From NCBI GenBank assembly GCA_951406725.2, contig OX597829.1, positions 27,714,001-27,778,000 of the forward strand: 64,000 nt of DNA, read 5' to 3'. The position numbers and the translations under genes are program-made. The DNA is from Octopus vulgaris (taxonomy: Eukaryota). Within the stretch, counting starts at the first letter, position 1. Every line of letters begins with the position of its first letter. This document shows positions 12,861 to 25,965 of this stretch, piece after piece. The notes beneath the pieces are model-generated. The model had not been told where the DNA came from. It was given only the letters and a program-made list of their open reading frames with translations, and ran no database searches.

Positions 12861-13302
12861 CTTTAGTGATTTGGATGGTTATGGTTTTGTTGGGTTTCCC
12901 CACGAGTAGCCCGTTTAAATCTTCCTCTCCTTACAGGAATTATTCGTTGTTAAAATTTATTGCTATTGTTATTCCTGTATTTGCACGCTCTTTCATGTAA
13001 ATCCACATTGTATCGTCCTGTGCCATCCAAAGTATATTTTGTAAGCCCTTAGTCGTTAATCCCAGAAAACATAGTCGTTGTTTTTGTTATAAGGTCGTAA
13101 GCTGGCAGAATCACTTGCAGTGCCGGACAAAATGCTTAGCGACATTGCATCCGTCTTTATGTTCTGAGTCCAAATCCCACCGTGAGCGACTTTGTCTTTC
13201 ATCCTTTACCGATCGATGAAATAAGTACCAACGGAACACAGGGGTCAATGTAGCCGAACCAAATAACCTCCACTCCCACCCTACCCTTAAAATTAGCTGG
13301 TC

Positions 13303-13705
13303 TTACTCTTTTACTCTTTACTCTTTTACTTGTTTCAGTCATTTGACTGCGGCCATGCTGGAGCACCGCCTTTAGTCGAGCAAATCGACCCCCAGGACTT
13401 ATTCTTTGTAAGCCTATTACTTATTCTATCGGTCTCTTTTGCCGAACCGCTAATTGACGGGGACGTAAACACACCAGCATCGGTTGTCAAGCGATGTTGG
13501 AGGGGGACAGACACAGAGATACAAACATATACATACACACGTACATATATACATATATACGACAGGCTTCTTTCAGTTTCCGTCTACCAAATCCACTCAC
13601 AAGGCTATGGTAGAAGACACTTGCCCAAGGTGCCTCGGAGTGGGACTGAACCCGGAACCATGTTGTTGGTAAGCAAGCTACTTACCACACAGCCACTCCT
13701 GCGCC
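13303..13705 (-). mobile_element. SINE family A copy inserted in the tail of a family B copy (13095-13722)
   Basis: Family A consensus interrupts the B tail GCTGGTC|TTGTGCCAAAATTTGAAA. Confidence 0.9.
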
Positions 13706-13901
13706 TTGTGCCAAAATTTGAAAATTATTTATTGTTGGTGTTGCTGCGTTTGTTCAAAACTAATTTCCAGTACTTATAAAGAACGATTGAGATAAAACTA
13801 ATTACTTTGTGTGATTTCTAGAAACAGTAAATCTCTTAAATTTGGATAAAAACTTCCAAATCAGACAATGCTGTATTATATTGTGCATCTCTCTCTCTCT
13901 C

Positions 13902-13953
<52 letters not shown>

Positions 13954-14217
13954 CCTGTCTCTTTATTGTTTTCACATTAGTGTATTTTCTAATGCTTACT
14001 TTATCACTCATATGTGTTATCCAATTAGCAGTACTTATAGAATACAAAATACCGCGAGTGCTTATCTATTTGTGCGTTTTGTGTGTGTATTGGTGGTGGT
14101 GGTGGTGATGGTATGTATGCGCGTGCACAAAGTAAGTGAAAATTATGATTTTGATGTTTGTTTACGGATAGTGTGTTGTTAGCCATAAATATTATATACA
14201 TACATTCATACATACAT

Positions 14218-14263
<46 letters not shown>

Positions 14264-14272
<9 letters not shown>

Positions 14273-14755
14273 TTAAAATTACTAAGTCTCTCTAAAGGAG
14301 ATTACGGCAGCGTTACTGGAAATTAATAGTTATTGCCATACTTACATGGCAGTCTTATAAATATAAGACTAAAGCTGTCTCTGATTAGCTCCCAGAGGCC
14401 ACCGCCTCAAGCTAGCTATTAGAGAGCCTTAGTAATTATTATATTTCTATTATTGAAAACATGTGGATGTATTCCACTGAAACTAGGTAAATAGATTCTT
14501 CGAACAGGGACAGTCAGTAGCGACACCTGCTGGGTCTGACTACGCTGCATTGATAAAGGGCAAATACCCTGAAACATGTCTACAGCTGTCTGACTGGCAG
14601 GATGAAGCGGCCGACCTCCCCTGTTCGAGGGTTTATAATGGACGCAGGTTGTGTGTCAAATAGCTAGCTTGAGGCGGTGGCCTCTTGGAGCTAATCAGCG
14701 ACAGCTTTAGTCTTATATTTATAAGACTGCCATATAAATATGGCGATAACTATTA

Positions 14756-14759
<4 letters not shown>
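14264..14759. mobile_element. (TA)n-flanked fold-back element with interleaved inverted repeats (Penelope pLTR-like)
   Basis: ~100-bp arms 14319-14420 / 14659-14759; second pair 14264-14293 / 14420-14450; long (TA)n on both sides. Confidence 0.8.
14544..14586 (+). ncRNA. Minimal hammerhead motif, U3-A8 core variant
   Basis: GCTGCA-TTGATAA-AGGGCAAATACCCT-GAAAC-AT-GTC-TACAGC; stem II AGGG/CCCT, palindromic ACATGT stem III, GUC site at 14578-14580. Confidence 0.7.
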
Positions 14760-14838
<79 letters not shown>

Positions 14839-14957
14839 AACACACATATACGTACATGAATACATACATACATGCATCCATATGTACACACACATGGGGT
14901 GAGCCAAATGTCACACACCAAAACATTTGACATTTCATTACGTTATTTTTATTACCT

Positions 14958-15288
14958 AGGTCGACCTTACCTTTTCATTCTTCCGAGGTCGATGAAATAA
15001 ATACCAGTTGAACACTGCGGTCGATGTAAGCGACTTAACACCCCGACTCCGAACTAACTGGCTTTGTGCCAAAATTATTATTATTGTAGTTGTTGTTGTT
15101 GAGCTGGTAGAATTGTTAGCACGCCAGGCGAAATGCTTAGCGTTTTTTTTCACCCGTCGCTACGTTCTGTGTTCAAATTCCACCGAGGTTGACTTTGCCT
15201 TTCATACTTACTGGTCGATAAAAATTAACTACCAGTGAAGTACTGGGAATCTATGTAATCGATTAGTCCCCTCCCCCAACAAATTTAG
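14958..15288 (+). mobile_element. Two SINE family B copies (partial, then near full)
   Basis: Nin-type domain twice; head GAGCTGGTAGAA at ~15101. Confidence 0.75.
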
Positions 15289-15309
15289 ACACACACACAC
15301 ACATATATA

Positions 15310-15343
<34 letters not shown>

Positions 15344-15533
15344 GCAATTAAGGACAACTTCTTAATAAGGAATCTTATTAAGAAATTATCGGGTAGATAG
15401 CGTGAAATGCAATTCGAAGAAGCCTGCCATTTACCGGATGTAATATATGTAAACTCCCCCATGTGCTTCGTTGACGTTGAGCAGTTGGCTGCTTGGCTTC
15501 GACGAGACAGGGCCGTTTATTTATGATGCGTTC

Positions 15534-15582
15534 AGGCTTGCTGAAGAGTACAGAAGTACGAAATCACAGGTGATACAAGTCT
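15534..15582 (+). ncRNA. Canonical type I hammerhead ribozyme motif
   Basis: AGGCTTG-CTGAAGA-GTAC-AGAA-GTAC-GAA-ATCA-CAGG-TGAT-A-CAAGTCT: 7-bp stem I, intact core, 4-bp stem II with G-C base, stem III, AUA cleavage after 15575. Confidence 0.85.
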
Positions 15583-15711
15583 ATATTTTTTAAATGTCTT
15601 GCTTTGAAAGATTGCATTCGGTGGGATTAGTAAAATTTTTGGTAGAAATGACTTTTTGTCCCTCTTATCGTGTGGCATCTATGTATAATAATGCCCTCTA
15701 TATATAAATTA

Positions 15712-15749
<38 letters not shown>

Positions 15750-16226
15750 ATGTGGTGGTGGGGGTGATGGTGATGATGATGATGACATGCAAAGAAGCAC
15801 TGAATGTGTTTAAAAAAATAAGCAGTACTGTAGGATACAATAGAAATAACTGAAATGGTTTATAGTCATCGATTTCAAAGACCGCGATTTACGAAAAATA
15901 ATGCACGGCAAGTTAATATACTGCCGCCATCAGTTTAGTTTTTCATCCGTCAAGAGTCGATAATAATCAAAGTCAAACATTTAGGGATCGATTTTTTTTT
16001 AATCGATACTTTCTATTCTCCAAACTGTGTGGCTCCGTTGCCCAAGTTTAATAAATCAATAAATTAACTATTTACTAATTATTAATATAATTTATTGATT
16101 AATAAATATATTTATCAATCAATTTCAAATTAACATTAAGTAACTAAATAGGAATTATAGTCTTCGTTAAATTTAGTATGTTACAATAATTAGTTGCTTG
16201 CAAATTGTATGCATGCACACTCTCTC

Positions 16227-16270
<44 letters not shown>

Positions 16271-16337
16271 TCTTTTATCCTTTTTTTATTCCTTTATTAG
16301 TTTTAGTTGCAACACAGCCGTAACATATGAGCTAGAC

Positions 16338-16632
16338 TAAGGGTTCTGAACCGGGTTCCACATGGACTCTGGGGATCCATATAAGGTTTGGGGCGTGGGG
16401 TCCTCGGTAATTTTTCGGGGGCTATGAAAAAAATTGTGATTTAGACCAGTAAAGTTTATGTGAGATAAATTGGTTTTTATGTCCACAATACAGAAAATAT
16501 TTTAACAATTAGTTTTATACAATTCCTAATAATATTTTATTATAAAAATGCAATAGGATTGTTTAAACATCGAATGGCTAAGGAAAATAAGAATCAAAAG
16601 TGTCCATGGGAAAAAATGGTTGAGAACTGCTG
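16338..16632. mobile_element. hAT MITE, opposite orientation to 12533-12860, degenerate
   Basis: AAGGGTTCTGAACC ... GGTTGAGAACTGCTG; GGGTCCA-like internal repeats. Confidence 0.6.
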
Positions 16633-17069
16633 AGTTAGACGATAAGAATTGAGACGATGAATAAAAACAAAACAACTCAATCTTCCTGAAGTATAGGTCA
16701 GCTCTGACCAAATAGAAGCTATGATCAAAAGCGTTCCAGTCGCGACTATTCTGTCATTTTTCTGTATCAAACATGGTTGGTTCTTTCGGGTTTATTTTTT
16801 AACACTTTAAAGTGGGAATTTGAGTAATAAAGTACGGTTTGAGCTGTAAGTTATGGTTTGGATAGTGAGGTATGGTTTGACTACCCAGCAGCACAGCTTG
16901 TACAACAAGTGCTTCTTTAGCTCCCGGGAGTGAAGAAGAGGTATTCAAAAGTCGAAAGGTGTGTGTGTGTATTCTGCAGTGACACCCTTCACTCTGGTTC
17001 TATCCGTCGTCGCTGAATAACCAACACTCAAAGTCATGTCCAGTGAAGGATCACAGACAATTGGTGCAC

Positions 17070-17170
17070 CCGTGGAATTGTCATCTTCAGGTGGGAAGAT
17101 GATTTAAGAAAAATGCTTGGAACAACGTAGAAGAGAATGGCGAGCGCACAAAGGGAATGTGGCCAGCAGA
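17070..17170 (+). mobile_element. Short RTE-like LINE C-terminal remnant
   Basis: RGIVIFRWEDDLRKMLGTT*KRMA resembles RGRP..RW.DDL.K..G..W.R.A. Confidence 0.45.
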
Positions 17171-17417
17171 GCCGACTCGGCACCAGACTGCCTGGCCAAT
17201 CAAGGCGATTTGCCACAAGCCCCTTTATTGTCTTATCAGAACCCGGATTTATGAAAAGTTTTCTGGAATAAATCAGATTCAGTATGAAAAATTACATCAG
17301 TATACCAAATTTGAAAATTTTCACTTAATTTCAAAATTTCGAAATTTGTGACAGGATGCCTCGATTAGATGATAAACGCACAAGTGCCTCTGCCGCACAG
17401 ACTCAGGAGATGACGTC

Positions 17418-17722
17418 CCATTTCCATTGAAACGACTTCAATTCCCAGTGAGTCTTAGTTTTACCATGTCCACCAACAAATCGCAAGGGCAAGCATTTTC
17501 GGTTGCCGGAGCCTCGCTTCACCTGTGATCAGCTTTACGCAGGATGTTAGAAGTAAAGCAAATCTCTACATCTATGCACCAAATGGAAAAAAAAAAAACT
17601 TTGTTTATCGTGAAATTATAAATTACCCCAAATAATACCAAAACATGTCCTGACTAAGAGGCCTTCTGGGCATTGTATTGTTAAAAATTGTCCGGCAACA
17701 ATAGGCTGGCCTGCTCAGCTAG
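17418..17722 (+). pseudogene. Helitron 3' end: PIF1-like helicase C-terminus remnant, hairpin and CTAG terminus
   Basis: PFPLKRLQFPVSLSFTMSTNKSQGQAFSVAG (cf. QFPxxLAFAMTINKSQGQ), then DQLYAGC and NLYIYAPNGKKKNFVYREI; CCGGC..GCTGG hairpin, CTAG|T at 17719-17723. Confidence 0.85.
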
Positions 17723-18096
17723 TATTCATACATACATACATACATACATACATACATGCATACATACATACATACATACATACATACATACATACATACA
17801 TACATACATACATACAATATACATACATACATACGTACGTACGTACGTACATGCATGAAGTTTCGGTGCTTTGTCTGATATTTCTTGAATTAATTTTTTC
17901 AGGCACCGTCTCACAGTGTGGTCTCTTGTTCTTTGATTTATATAGGAATAATGTTGACTAAGGTAAAGTTGTTATGTGAAATGAACTCGATTTTTGTAGA
18001 TGGTGGGGAATGGTTCTAGGTCTAAGCCTTCAGTTATTTGTGAACTTGATAATGGCATTATTTGGACACTGTTGATAGCAAAAATTTTAGTTAACA

Positions 18097-18467
18097 AGAG
18101 CAGGCATAGCTGTGTCCTAAGAAGCTTGCTTCCCAACCATATGGTTCCGGGTTCAGTCCCACTGCGTGGCACCTTGGGCAAGTGTCTTCTACTATAGCCT
18201 CTGGCCGACCAAAGCCTTGTGAGTGGAGTTGGTAGACAGAAACTGAAAGAAGCCTGTCGTATATATATATGTATATTTATGTGTGTGTGTTTGTCCCTCC
18301 ACCATCGCTTGACAACCAATGTTGTGTTTACATCCCCGTAATTTAGCGGTTTGGCAAAAGTGATGAATAGAATAAGTACTAGGCTTTAAAAAATTAAGTC
18401 CTAGGGTCAATTTGTTCGGCTAAAAGCATGGCTGCAGTCAAATGACTGAAACAAGTAAAAGAATAAA
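18097..18467 (+). mobile_element. SINE family A copy
   Basis: Family A consensus. Confidence 0.85.
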
Positions 18468-19033
18468 CGAATTTGTTAACAGTGTTATGACAATTTTTTT
18501 TCTTAGTTAACATGAAACCTCCGATTTTTCAGTGGAATTACGATCGAGTAGTTCTCACATTAATTCCTCTGCTTGCAGGTTGTCATTTTTTTTATATATA
18601 TATAAAAAAAAAATATTGATTTCTCTTAGACTGTATATAAGGTCAAACTCTAAATGGAAGTAGTGCAGCACAGCCGACCGAATCGATCCATGTATATTAC
18701 TAATACTTACCTTATGAACTAAGCTCAAATGAAGTGATATTGTCCTTGTTGATATTTGAACTAGAAACATAATCAAACAGAAATAAAATACTGCAAATCA
18801 TGCTAAGACGACGCCATATTGCCTACGCCGTATTTTGATGAATATTTGTACAAAATAACTGATTTGTATTAGGTTATCAGATGAATTCGTTCGTTTTTCC
18901 CTCCCCTGCTTTGCACACTATCTGAAAAAGAGTGAAAAATTTATTCAGATTTCAAAAGTGATTAACGAAATTTGTAAAGGAAGAACTACCAAAAAAAAAA
19001 AAAAAAAGACACTACAATTAAGTGCCTACTTCC

Positions 19034-19395
19034 AGTTGTAATTATCGAGACCCAAAAACTTGTCCACTGACCAGGGGTGCATAATTAAATCCGTTATATT
19101 TGAGTAAGAAGTTGAGTAGATGATAACATAGCTGAAACGAAGAGTTATATTGAGTAAATTATGTGAAGGCGACTTCAGAAATCGCTATACTAGCCACTAA
19201 GTTGACTAGTCACGTATGGGATTTGAAGCCTGAACCATACAATGAAGTAGAAAATTGTTGAAAATCCATGCCATATGTTAATGGAACAAGAAAATGCAAG
19301 CTATGCGTAGCTGAAGGTCGCAGTTCCTTTTCAGATCAAGGATCTCCACCGCACTGCTGAATTCCAGATCTGAAATTTTCAACGGATGTAAACAT
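19034..19395 (+). pseudogene. Penelope-like element GIY-YIG endonuclease region, frameshifted remnant
   Basis: Ordered peptide blocks SCNYRDPKTCPL / CIIKSVIF / TKSYI / CEGDFRNRYTSH / LTSHVWDLK / SMPYVNGTRKCKLCVAE / LLNSRSEIFNGCKH match the PLE pattern CNCR..CPL..C...VY..YIG..FK.RY..H..LS..IW.LK..C.LC..E..LLN.RSE...CRH. Confidence 0.8.
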
Positions 19396-19397
19396 AT

Positions 19398-19770
19398 GGT
19401 GCAGGAGAGGCTGTGTGGTAAGAAGCTTGCTTCTCAACTACATGGTTCAGGTTTCAATCCTGCTGCGTGACACCTTGGGCCGACAAACGTCTTGTAAGTG
19501 AATTTGGTAGACGGAAACTGAAAGAAACCCGTCATATATGTATATGTGTGTCTTTGTGTCTATGTTTGTACCCAACTACCAATTGACAATCGGTGTTGGT
19601 GTGTTTGAGCCCCTGTAACTTAGCGGTTCGGCGAAAAGGAACAATAGAACACGTATCAGATTTAAGAAAATATAAGTACTGGGGCCGATTCATTCAACTT
19701 AAAATGCTTCAGAGCTGTGCTCCAGCATGACCGCAGTCTAATGACTGAAACAAGTAAAAGATAAAAGATA
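19398..19770 (+). mobile_element. SINE family A copy (older subtype)
   Basis: Family A head and (TAAAAGA)n tail. Confidence 0.85.
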
Positions 19771-20255
19771 TAGATAAGTTCCTGTTAACGAACTGGAAAA
19801 TACCACCCTCTCCGAATTAAGTGGCTTACTGCAGGCCTTCTTATGACTTTGTGATGAAAGGGAACATAACTCTAATTCATCCGCTTTTTTCCTCTTTCTT
19901 TATTTTTTTTTGTTGTTTTCTTTTTCTTTTTCCGGAGTTTTCGTCCTCCTACATTTTATATCTACCTTCCCGCCATTTCTCGTATTTTCTGTTATTCTAT
20001 CATCTTGTTTTAGTTTGTATAAGGCGTGTGAGCACAGCCTGGAGATTACATGAAGGCGCCAAACGTGTTACAAAATGCAGTCTCTGTCTTTTTCATTGCA
20101 TGAAACTATTAGTAGCTTATAAGAGATATATATTCTGTTTATTCAACAATATTTATCTCTCACGAAATGGAGGAGTTTTTGTTGATGTTACCTTCAGGGA
20201 ACAGTGTACTCTCTCTGTATATGTATGTATGTGTGAGTGTATCTTTCTCTCTCTC

Positions 20256-20287
<32 letters not shown>

Positions 20288-20291
20288 CTTC

Positions 20292-20361
<70 letters not shown>

Positions 20362-20856
20362 TATGTATACATATGCCCATAGACGGACACATATCGTGTG
20401 AATAACACAACACATGACTAAACAAAAAAACATAAGTGGTATATCATGTGACTAAAGGGCGACTGTGAACCCAAAAACGTTGTTTTTTTTATGTGTATGT
20501 ATTTGTGTGTGTGTGTGTGTGTGTGTGCGTGAGAGAGAGAGAGAGAGAGAGATAAACGGCAGGACACATTGAATAAATGTCGCTCTATGTATATAATACC
20601 TGAAGAAAAACCGGAATAATTAGCGATTTGGAAATGCCTTTCATCATATGTCTGTTCAATCAGCACTGACCTGGGCCGATCCACCGCTGTTGAAGCCAAA
20701 GGACACAACGTGATGTAATCGAATTCATATGTCCCAAAGTGTTTATTGGATCGATATTTATGATTCACTGCCTTTCTTTATGATTTATGAGAATTATAAA
20801 TAATAATACATTTTGTTGATTCAAAAATGTGTTCGACAATCTGTAGCGTTTCTTCT

Positions 20857-20923
<67 letters not shown>

Positions 20924-21448
20924 TCGCTGAGAAGTAACAGGTGTTTTGCTTTGCCTTTATTCAAATTTATCTAGATATCATTGTTGTTGTTGCCGTTGTT
21001 CTTATTTAACCCCAAGACAGGACTGATCCAGTAGGTTTATGGTCGGTGGTACTCCAACCTCTAAGGCCGTCCTATCTTTTTTTTTTTTATATATATAAGT
21101 ACTAGATTATCCCGAGGTATCCTGCTTATTTAGGACGGTTGAGTGTGATCCAGGGGAGATTGTAGCAGCTGAAGCGACTGCTTCGAGCTTTTGTCTTAAT
21201 TGCCGAACGTGTTTGTGTCGATATATTTAGTAAGCAAGCACACAATCACACGTTCATACAGACATACATACACATACACAAAAAAAAAACATACATGTAT
21301 ATACGACCGTTAAACTAATACATCTATTTGTTGTCTTCACCACCTGTTTTCGTCTTTTGTTTGTTTGTTTGTTTGTTTGTTTTTTTTTGGGGGGGGGGGT
21401 TGTGAATTCTCCCCTATCTGAAAAAGAGAGAAAATTTTATTCAGATTT

Positions 21449-21486
<38 letters not shown>

Positions 21487-21674
21487 CACGGACGAGTTTC
21501 TTTCAGTTTCCCTCTACCAAATCCACTCACAAGGTTTTGGTCGACCCTGGGATATAGTAAAAGACACTTGTCCAAGGTGCCATACAGTGGGACTGACCGT
21601 GGAACCATGCGTTTGAGAAGCAAAGTTCTTATCACACAGCCACACCCGCACCGTAACTGATTTTTATAAGAATA

Positions 21675-22076
21675 CTAGCAGTATCGCCCGGCGTTGCTCA
21701 GGTTTGTAAGGGAAATAACTATATAAGCATTTTTAGAGAGTTTAGCCAAAATATAGCAAAAAAATGCATTAAAACTGGGAAAAAAATTATGGTAAATTTT
21801 TTTTTAAATCGTTGACTCATCGTAGACATTTTTAGAGAGTTACTTCCCTTATATAATAGCGAAAAATGCATTAAAAATGGGGAAAAAAATTATGGTAAAT
21901 TTTTTTTAAATCGTAGACTCATCGTAGACACGCGCTAATACCCAGAAGGGCTCGATATGAATCACGACTATAAGATACCCGCTTTTGGTTAAACTGCACC
22001 GCAAAATATGGAAGTAGTTAGGAATCTAAATCGTAGGAGACAGACACTCACACAACTTGACTTTTATATATAAAGA
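21675..22076 (-). mobile_element. Non-autonomous Helitron
   Basis: Minus strand A|TCTTTATATATAAAAG ... CTGAGCAACGCCGGG hairpin ... CTAG|T; internal ~105-bp duplication; termini shared with 39050-39447. Confidence 0.85.
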
Positions 22077-22364
22077 TATCTTTAGTTGAATTCGACTCTT
22101 CTGTGACTAGTGTATTTACATGTGTATATAGAACAGGGGAATCAAAATAGTTTGGCTTTGCGGTTCATAATGAAACATAAGGAGATATAGCGTGCCGGAT
22201 AGGGACAATTATTCCTAAAAACTTCTATTCATAATGTATGTCAAAGTGAATAGATTAAGGAATCGGTTTACATTAAAGAAAGGACAGACTATAAGGTGTT
22301 AGAGAAATTTGGGTCCAGATATAAGTAGGAAAAAAGATCATCCTCACGGTGTATAAACTGTGTG

Positions 22365-22424
<60 letters not shown>

Positions 22425-22699
22425 CGTGTGCGCGTATATGTATATATTTATATGTAAATATAAGTCCTGGGACTAAAAACCCCTCCAAGGAGGTGCTCTC
22501 GAAAGGCCGCAGTCAAACGACTGAAACAAGTAAATGATATGTATATATATATATGTGTTTGTGTATGTATATACATGTATGTATATATATATATATGTGT
22601 GTGTGTTTATATGTATATGTGTGTGTGTATGTATGCATATAGATGTATGTGTGTTTATATATATACACACACACACACACTCATACATACATAATGATG

Positions 22700-22750
<51 letters not shown>

Positions 22751-22917
22751 GAAAAATATGTCAACATGTAATTATTTAATGTCTAACTTTTTTTCCCTGA
22801 TGATATTTTGTTCATAACTTATAAATGCAAACTTAATGCATAAATTTGTAATTTATCCAAAGACCATAAATGGAAACAGCTGAAGGAAGAAATGATTATT
22901 AATTTATTAATAAATAG

Positions 22918-22972
22918 ATGCCCCAGCATGGCCACAGCTCATGAGCTGAAACTAGAATCAATCAATCAATCA
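22918..22972 (+). mobile_element. Short LINE-like 3' end with (ATCA)n tail
   Basis: TGCCCCAGCATGGCCACAGCTCATGAGCTGAAACTAGA(ATCA)n, identical to the copy at 30880-30938. Confidence 0.7.
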
Positions 22973-23382
22973 TTAACAACTAACTCTCCATTTTCTTCTC
23001 TTGATTTAATACGGATTAATATATACCTATTGATTCAGGGAAATTTTAATTCCCCAAAGGCATAAGGTATAGAACCAGTGTTTTCTTGGATGCAATCATT
23101 CCGTTAAGAGGTTAATATATCCTCTAATTAACTTATATATATGTATGTATGTTTGTATGTATCTGTATATATATTCTGTATTTCATACCTCATTATATTT
23201 AATATATCTAATTTGTTTATCCACATAATTACTTATAGCCATTCTTTACTGTGTAGAGTCGATCCTCTGTAAAGACATTGGAATCTAAGTTTGAATCTGT
23301 TGAGCACTAGTGTTTTCTGTACTGAGAATCTGTCGATCTCATCTGTGGTCTGTACCGGTATGTATGCATGTATGCATGTATG

Positions 23383-23433
<51 letters not shown>

Positions 23434-23437
<4 letters not shown>

Positions 23438-23596
23438 CTTTACTACCCACAAGGGATTAAACACAGAGGGGACAAACAAGGACAGACAAACGGATTAAGT
23501 CGATTATATCGACCCCAGTGCGTAACTGGTACTTAATTTATCGACCCCGAAAGGATGAAAGGCGAAGTCAACCTCGGCGGAATTTGAACTCAGAAC
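23434..23596 (-). mobile_element. 5'-truncated SINE B (young subtype, CCCCTTGTGGGTAGTAAAGAAATA tail)
   Basis: Same tail as 24303-24536 and 38444-38674. Confidence 0.85.
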
Positions 23597-24302
23597 ATAC
23601 ACATACACACACACACATCATATACGCGCTCGCGCACACACGCGCGCGCGCGCTCGCATACGGTTTCAGCAACAAAACATTTTCAATATCGTTCATAACC
23701 GCTACAATCCATTCAGACGAACTCGTGCCACACATGCTCACTTTCGTTGGACTCGACGTGTATAGACAAAGAGAAAAGAAATATGTCTCGTCTTTTAGTC
23801 TCTATATAAGACTCATAAGTTTTTTTCCTATTGGTTGAGATAACAAAAGAGTCTCAAAAGTTGCGCTGATTTGGCTAATCGGAGCAAGATCTTGCTATAT
23901 TTTTTTACAGAATATATAAAAGATTTTTTTTTTAATGATTATAATTTTCTTTTCTACAAAACTGAGCCAGAGGTTCGACTAAAATTTATCGCAGGCTCAA
24001 TCCGGCTTGTAAGCCGATTCTTTGACGCACCTGCTATGATGTATAGTTTATCAACCTCCGAAGAGATAAATAGACAAGTAAAGTCGGTGAGCAGGGAAAA
24101 AAATCACAGGAGAAAAAAAAATTGATGCTACTTTTCATTTTAAATACGCCGAGTAAGATTTCAAATAATTAAACAAATGATAATTTAACCCAATTATTAT
24201 CTAACCACACGGCTTGTACACAAGTGCAATACATACAATTTGCATAATGACTTCACAGGCGATCCTTCGGTATTGGTCTCCAGAGTGTCGGTATGCGGAG
24301 AC

Positions 24303-24536
24303 CTAGGCGGCGAGCTGGCAGAAACGTTAGTACGCCGGGCGAAATGCGTAGCCGTATTTCGTCTGTCGTTACGTTCTGAGTTCAAATTCCGCCGAGGTCG
24401 ACTTTGCCTTTCATCCTTTCGGGGTCGATAAATTAAGTACCAGTTACGCACTGGGGTCGATGTAATCGACTTAATACCTATGTCTGTCCTTGTTTGTCCC
24501 CTCCGTCTTTAGCCCCTTGTGGGTAATAAAGAAATA
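24303..24536 (+). mobile_element. Full-length young SINE B with 13-bp TSD
   Basis: TSD GGTATGCGGAGAC at 24290-24302 and 24537-24549. Confidence 0.95.
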
Positions 24537-24857
24537 GGTATGCGGAGACGACGTCATTCGCCATCTTTTTCAGCCTAACCTCTTTATCTATGTCGTGAGG
24601 GAAGACTGTGTGGTTGAATGAAGTCGTCTCCCAATGCCACATAACATATGCATAAAAAGAAAATCACGTTTTAGTCAATACTTTCAATACAAGTTTGTTG
24701 TTTTTTTTAATGATATTTGTGTGCGGCTTTTTTTCTATCTTTATTCATCGCTGGCACGATTTGAACCCATAACCTAACTCGAAGTAACTAAATATATCGA
24801 AGTCAGTTTATTCCAATTTACGTAACAATGTTTATGCTATGAACCTCATAAGTTCGT

Positions 24858-25222
24858 GTGGAGGCGCAATGGCCCAGTGGTTAGGGCAGCGGACTCGCGG
24901 TCATAGGATCGCGGTTTCGATTCCCAGACCGGGCGTTGTGAGTGTTTATTGAGCGAAAACACCTAGAAGCTCCACGAGGCTCCGACAGGGGATGGTGGTG
25001 ATCCCTGCTGTACTCTTTCACTACAACTTTCTCTTACTTCCTGTTTCTGTTGTACCTGTATTTCAAGGGGCCGGCCTTGTCACTCTCTGTGTCACGCTGA
25101 ATATCCCCGAGAACTACGTGTCTGTGGAGTGCTCAGCCACTTACACGTTAATTTCACGAGCAGGCTGTTCCGTTGATTCGGATCAACCGGAACCCTCATC
25201 GTCGTAACCGACGGAGTGCTTC
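24858..25222 (+). mobile_element. SINE family C (tRNA-Arg-like head), tail type 1, 11-bp TSD
   Basis: TGGCCCAGTGG A-box, GACTCGCGG anticodon-like loop, GGTTTCGATTCC B-box; TSD CATAAGTTCGT at 24847-24857 and 25223-25233. Confidence 0.92.
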
Positions 25223-25654
25223 CATAAGTTCGTAACATGACCATAGTTTTTCCTGCATCGGCTCTTTTCTTTATTCTTATTACTGCTCTATTACTCGTCT
25301 AACACTTTGTTCTGAAGCATACGCGTATATTGAGTTCTTCGCCAAGTTTATTAGTCAGGCAATATCTGAGCGAAACATTTATATATGTGTGTGTGTGTGT
25401 GTGTGTAGTAATATTATTACTAATAATAATAGTAGGGAATATAATTCCAAATTTACAGGGAAAAATTCAATTTAGCAATTCTAAATCAAATTTCACAATA
25501 TATAATTAAGGAGAATTAAGAGAAATAGAGGTCATTGCTTAATAGAGGTTATTTCTCTTAATTATATACATATATACATATATATATATATGTGTGTGTG
25601 TGTATATATGTATATATATGTATATGTGTGTGTGTGTATATATGTATATATATG

Positions 25655-25754
<100 letters not shown>

Positions 25755-25899
25755 TAATAATAAAAAGGGTGAAATTAATTAATTAGGGATAATTATCAAT
25801 TACACCAAGTAGATTTCGGTATGTAAAAGCCCCATTCGAGGAAAATTTAAGTAAAATTTCGAGGAAAATTTAAGTAATACTTAGTATTACTTAGTATTA

Positions 25900-25965
<66 letters not shown>

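Noticed and set aside
20015-20125. GAAACTATTAGTA-GCTTATA half-hammerhead
   Set aside because: No recognisable CUGANGA box after the matching TATAAG.
23995-24087. Possible plus-strand exon (TTTATCGCAG|...|GTGAGC)
   Set aside because: Splice-like signals only; no recognisable peptide or partner exons.
24858-24935. tRNA-Arg gene
   Set aside because: tRNA-like head continues into a SINE body with TSDs; no proper acceptor stem.
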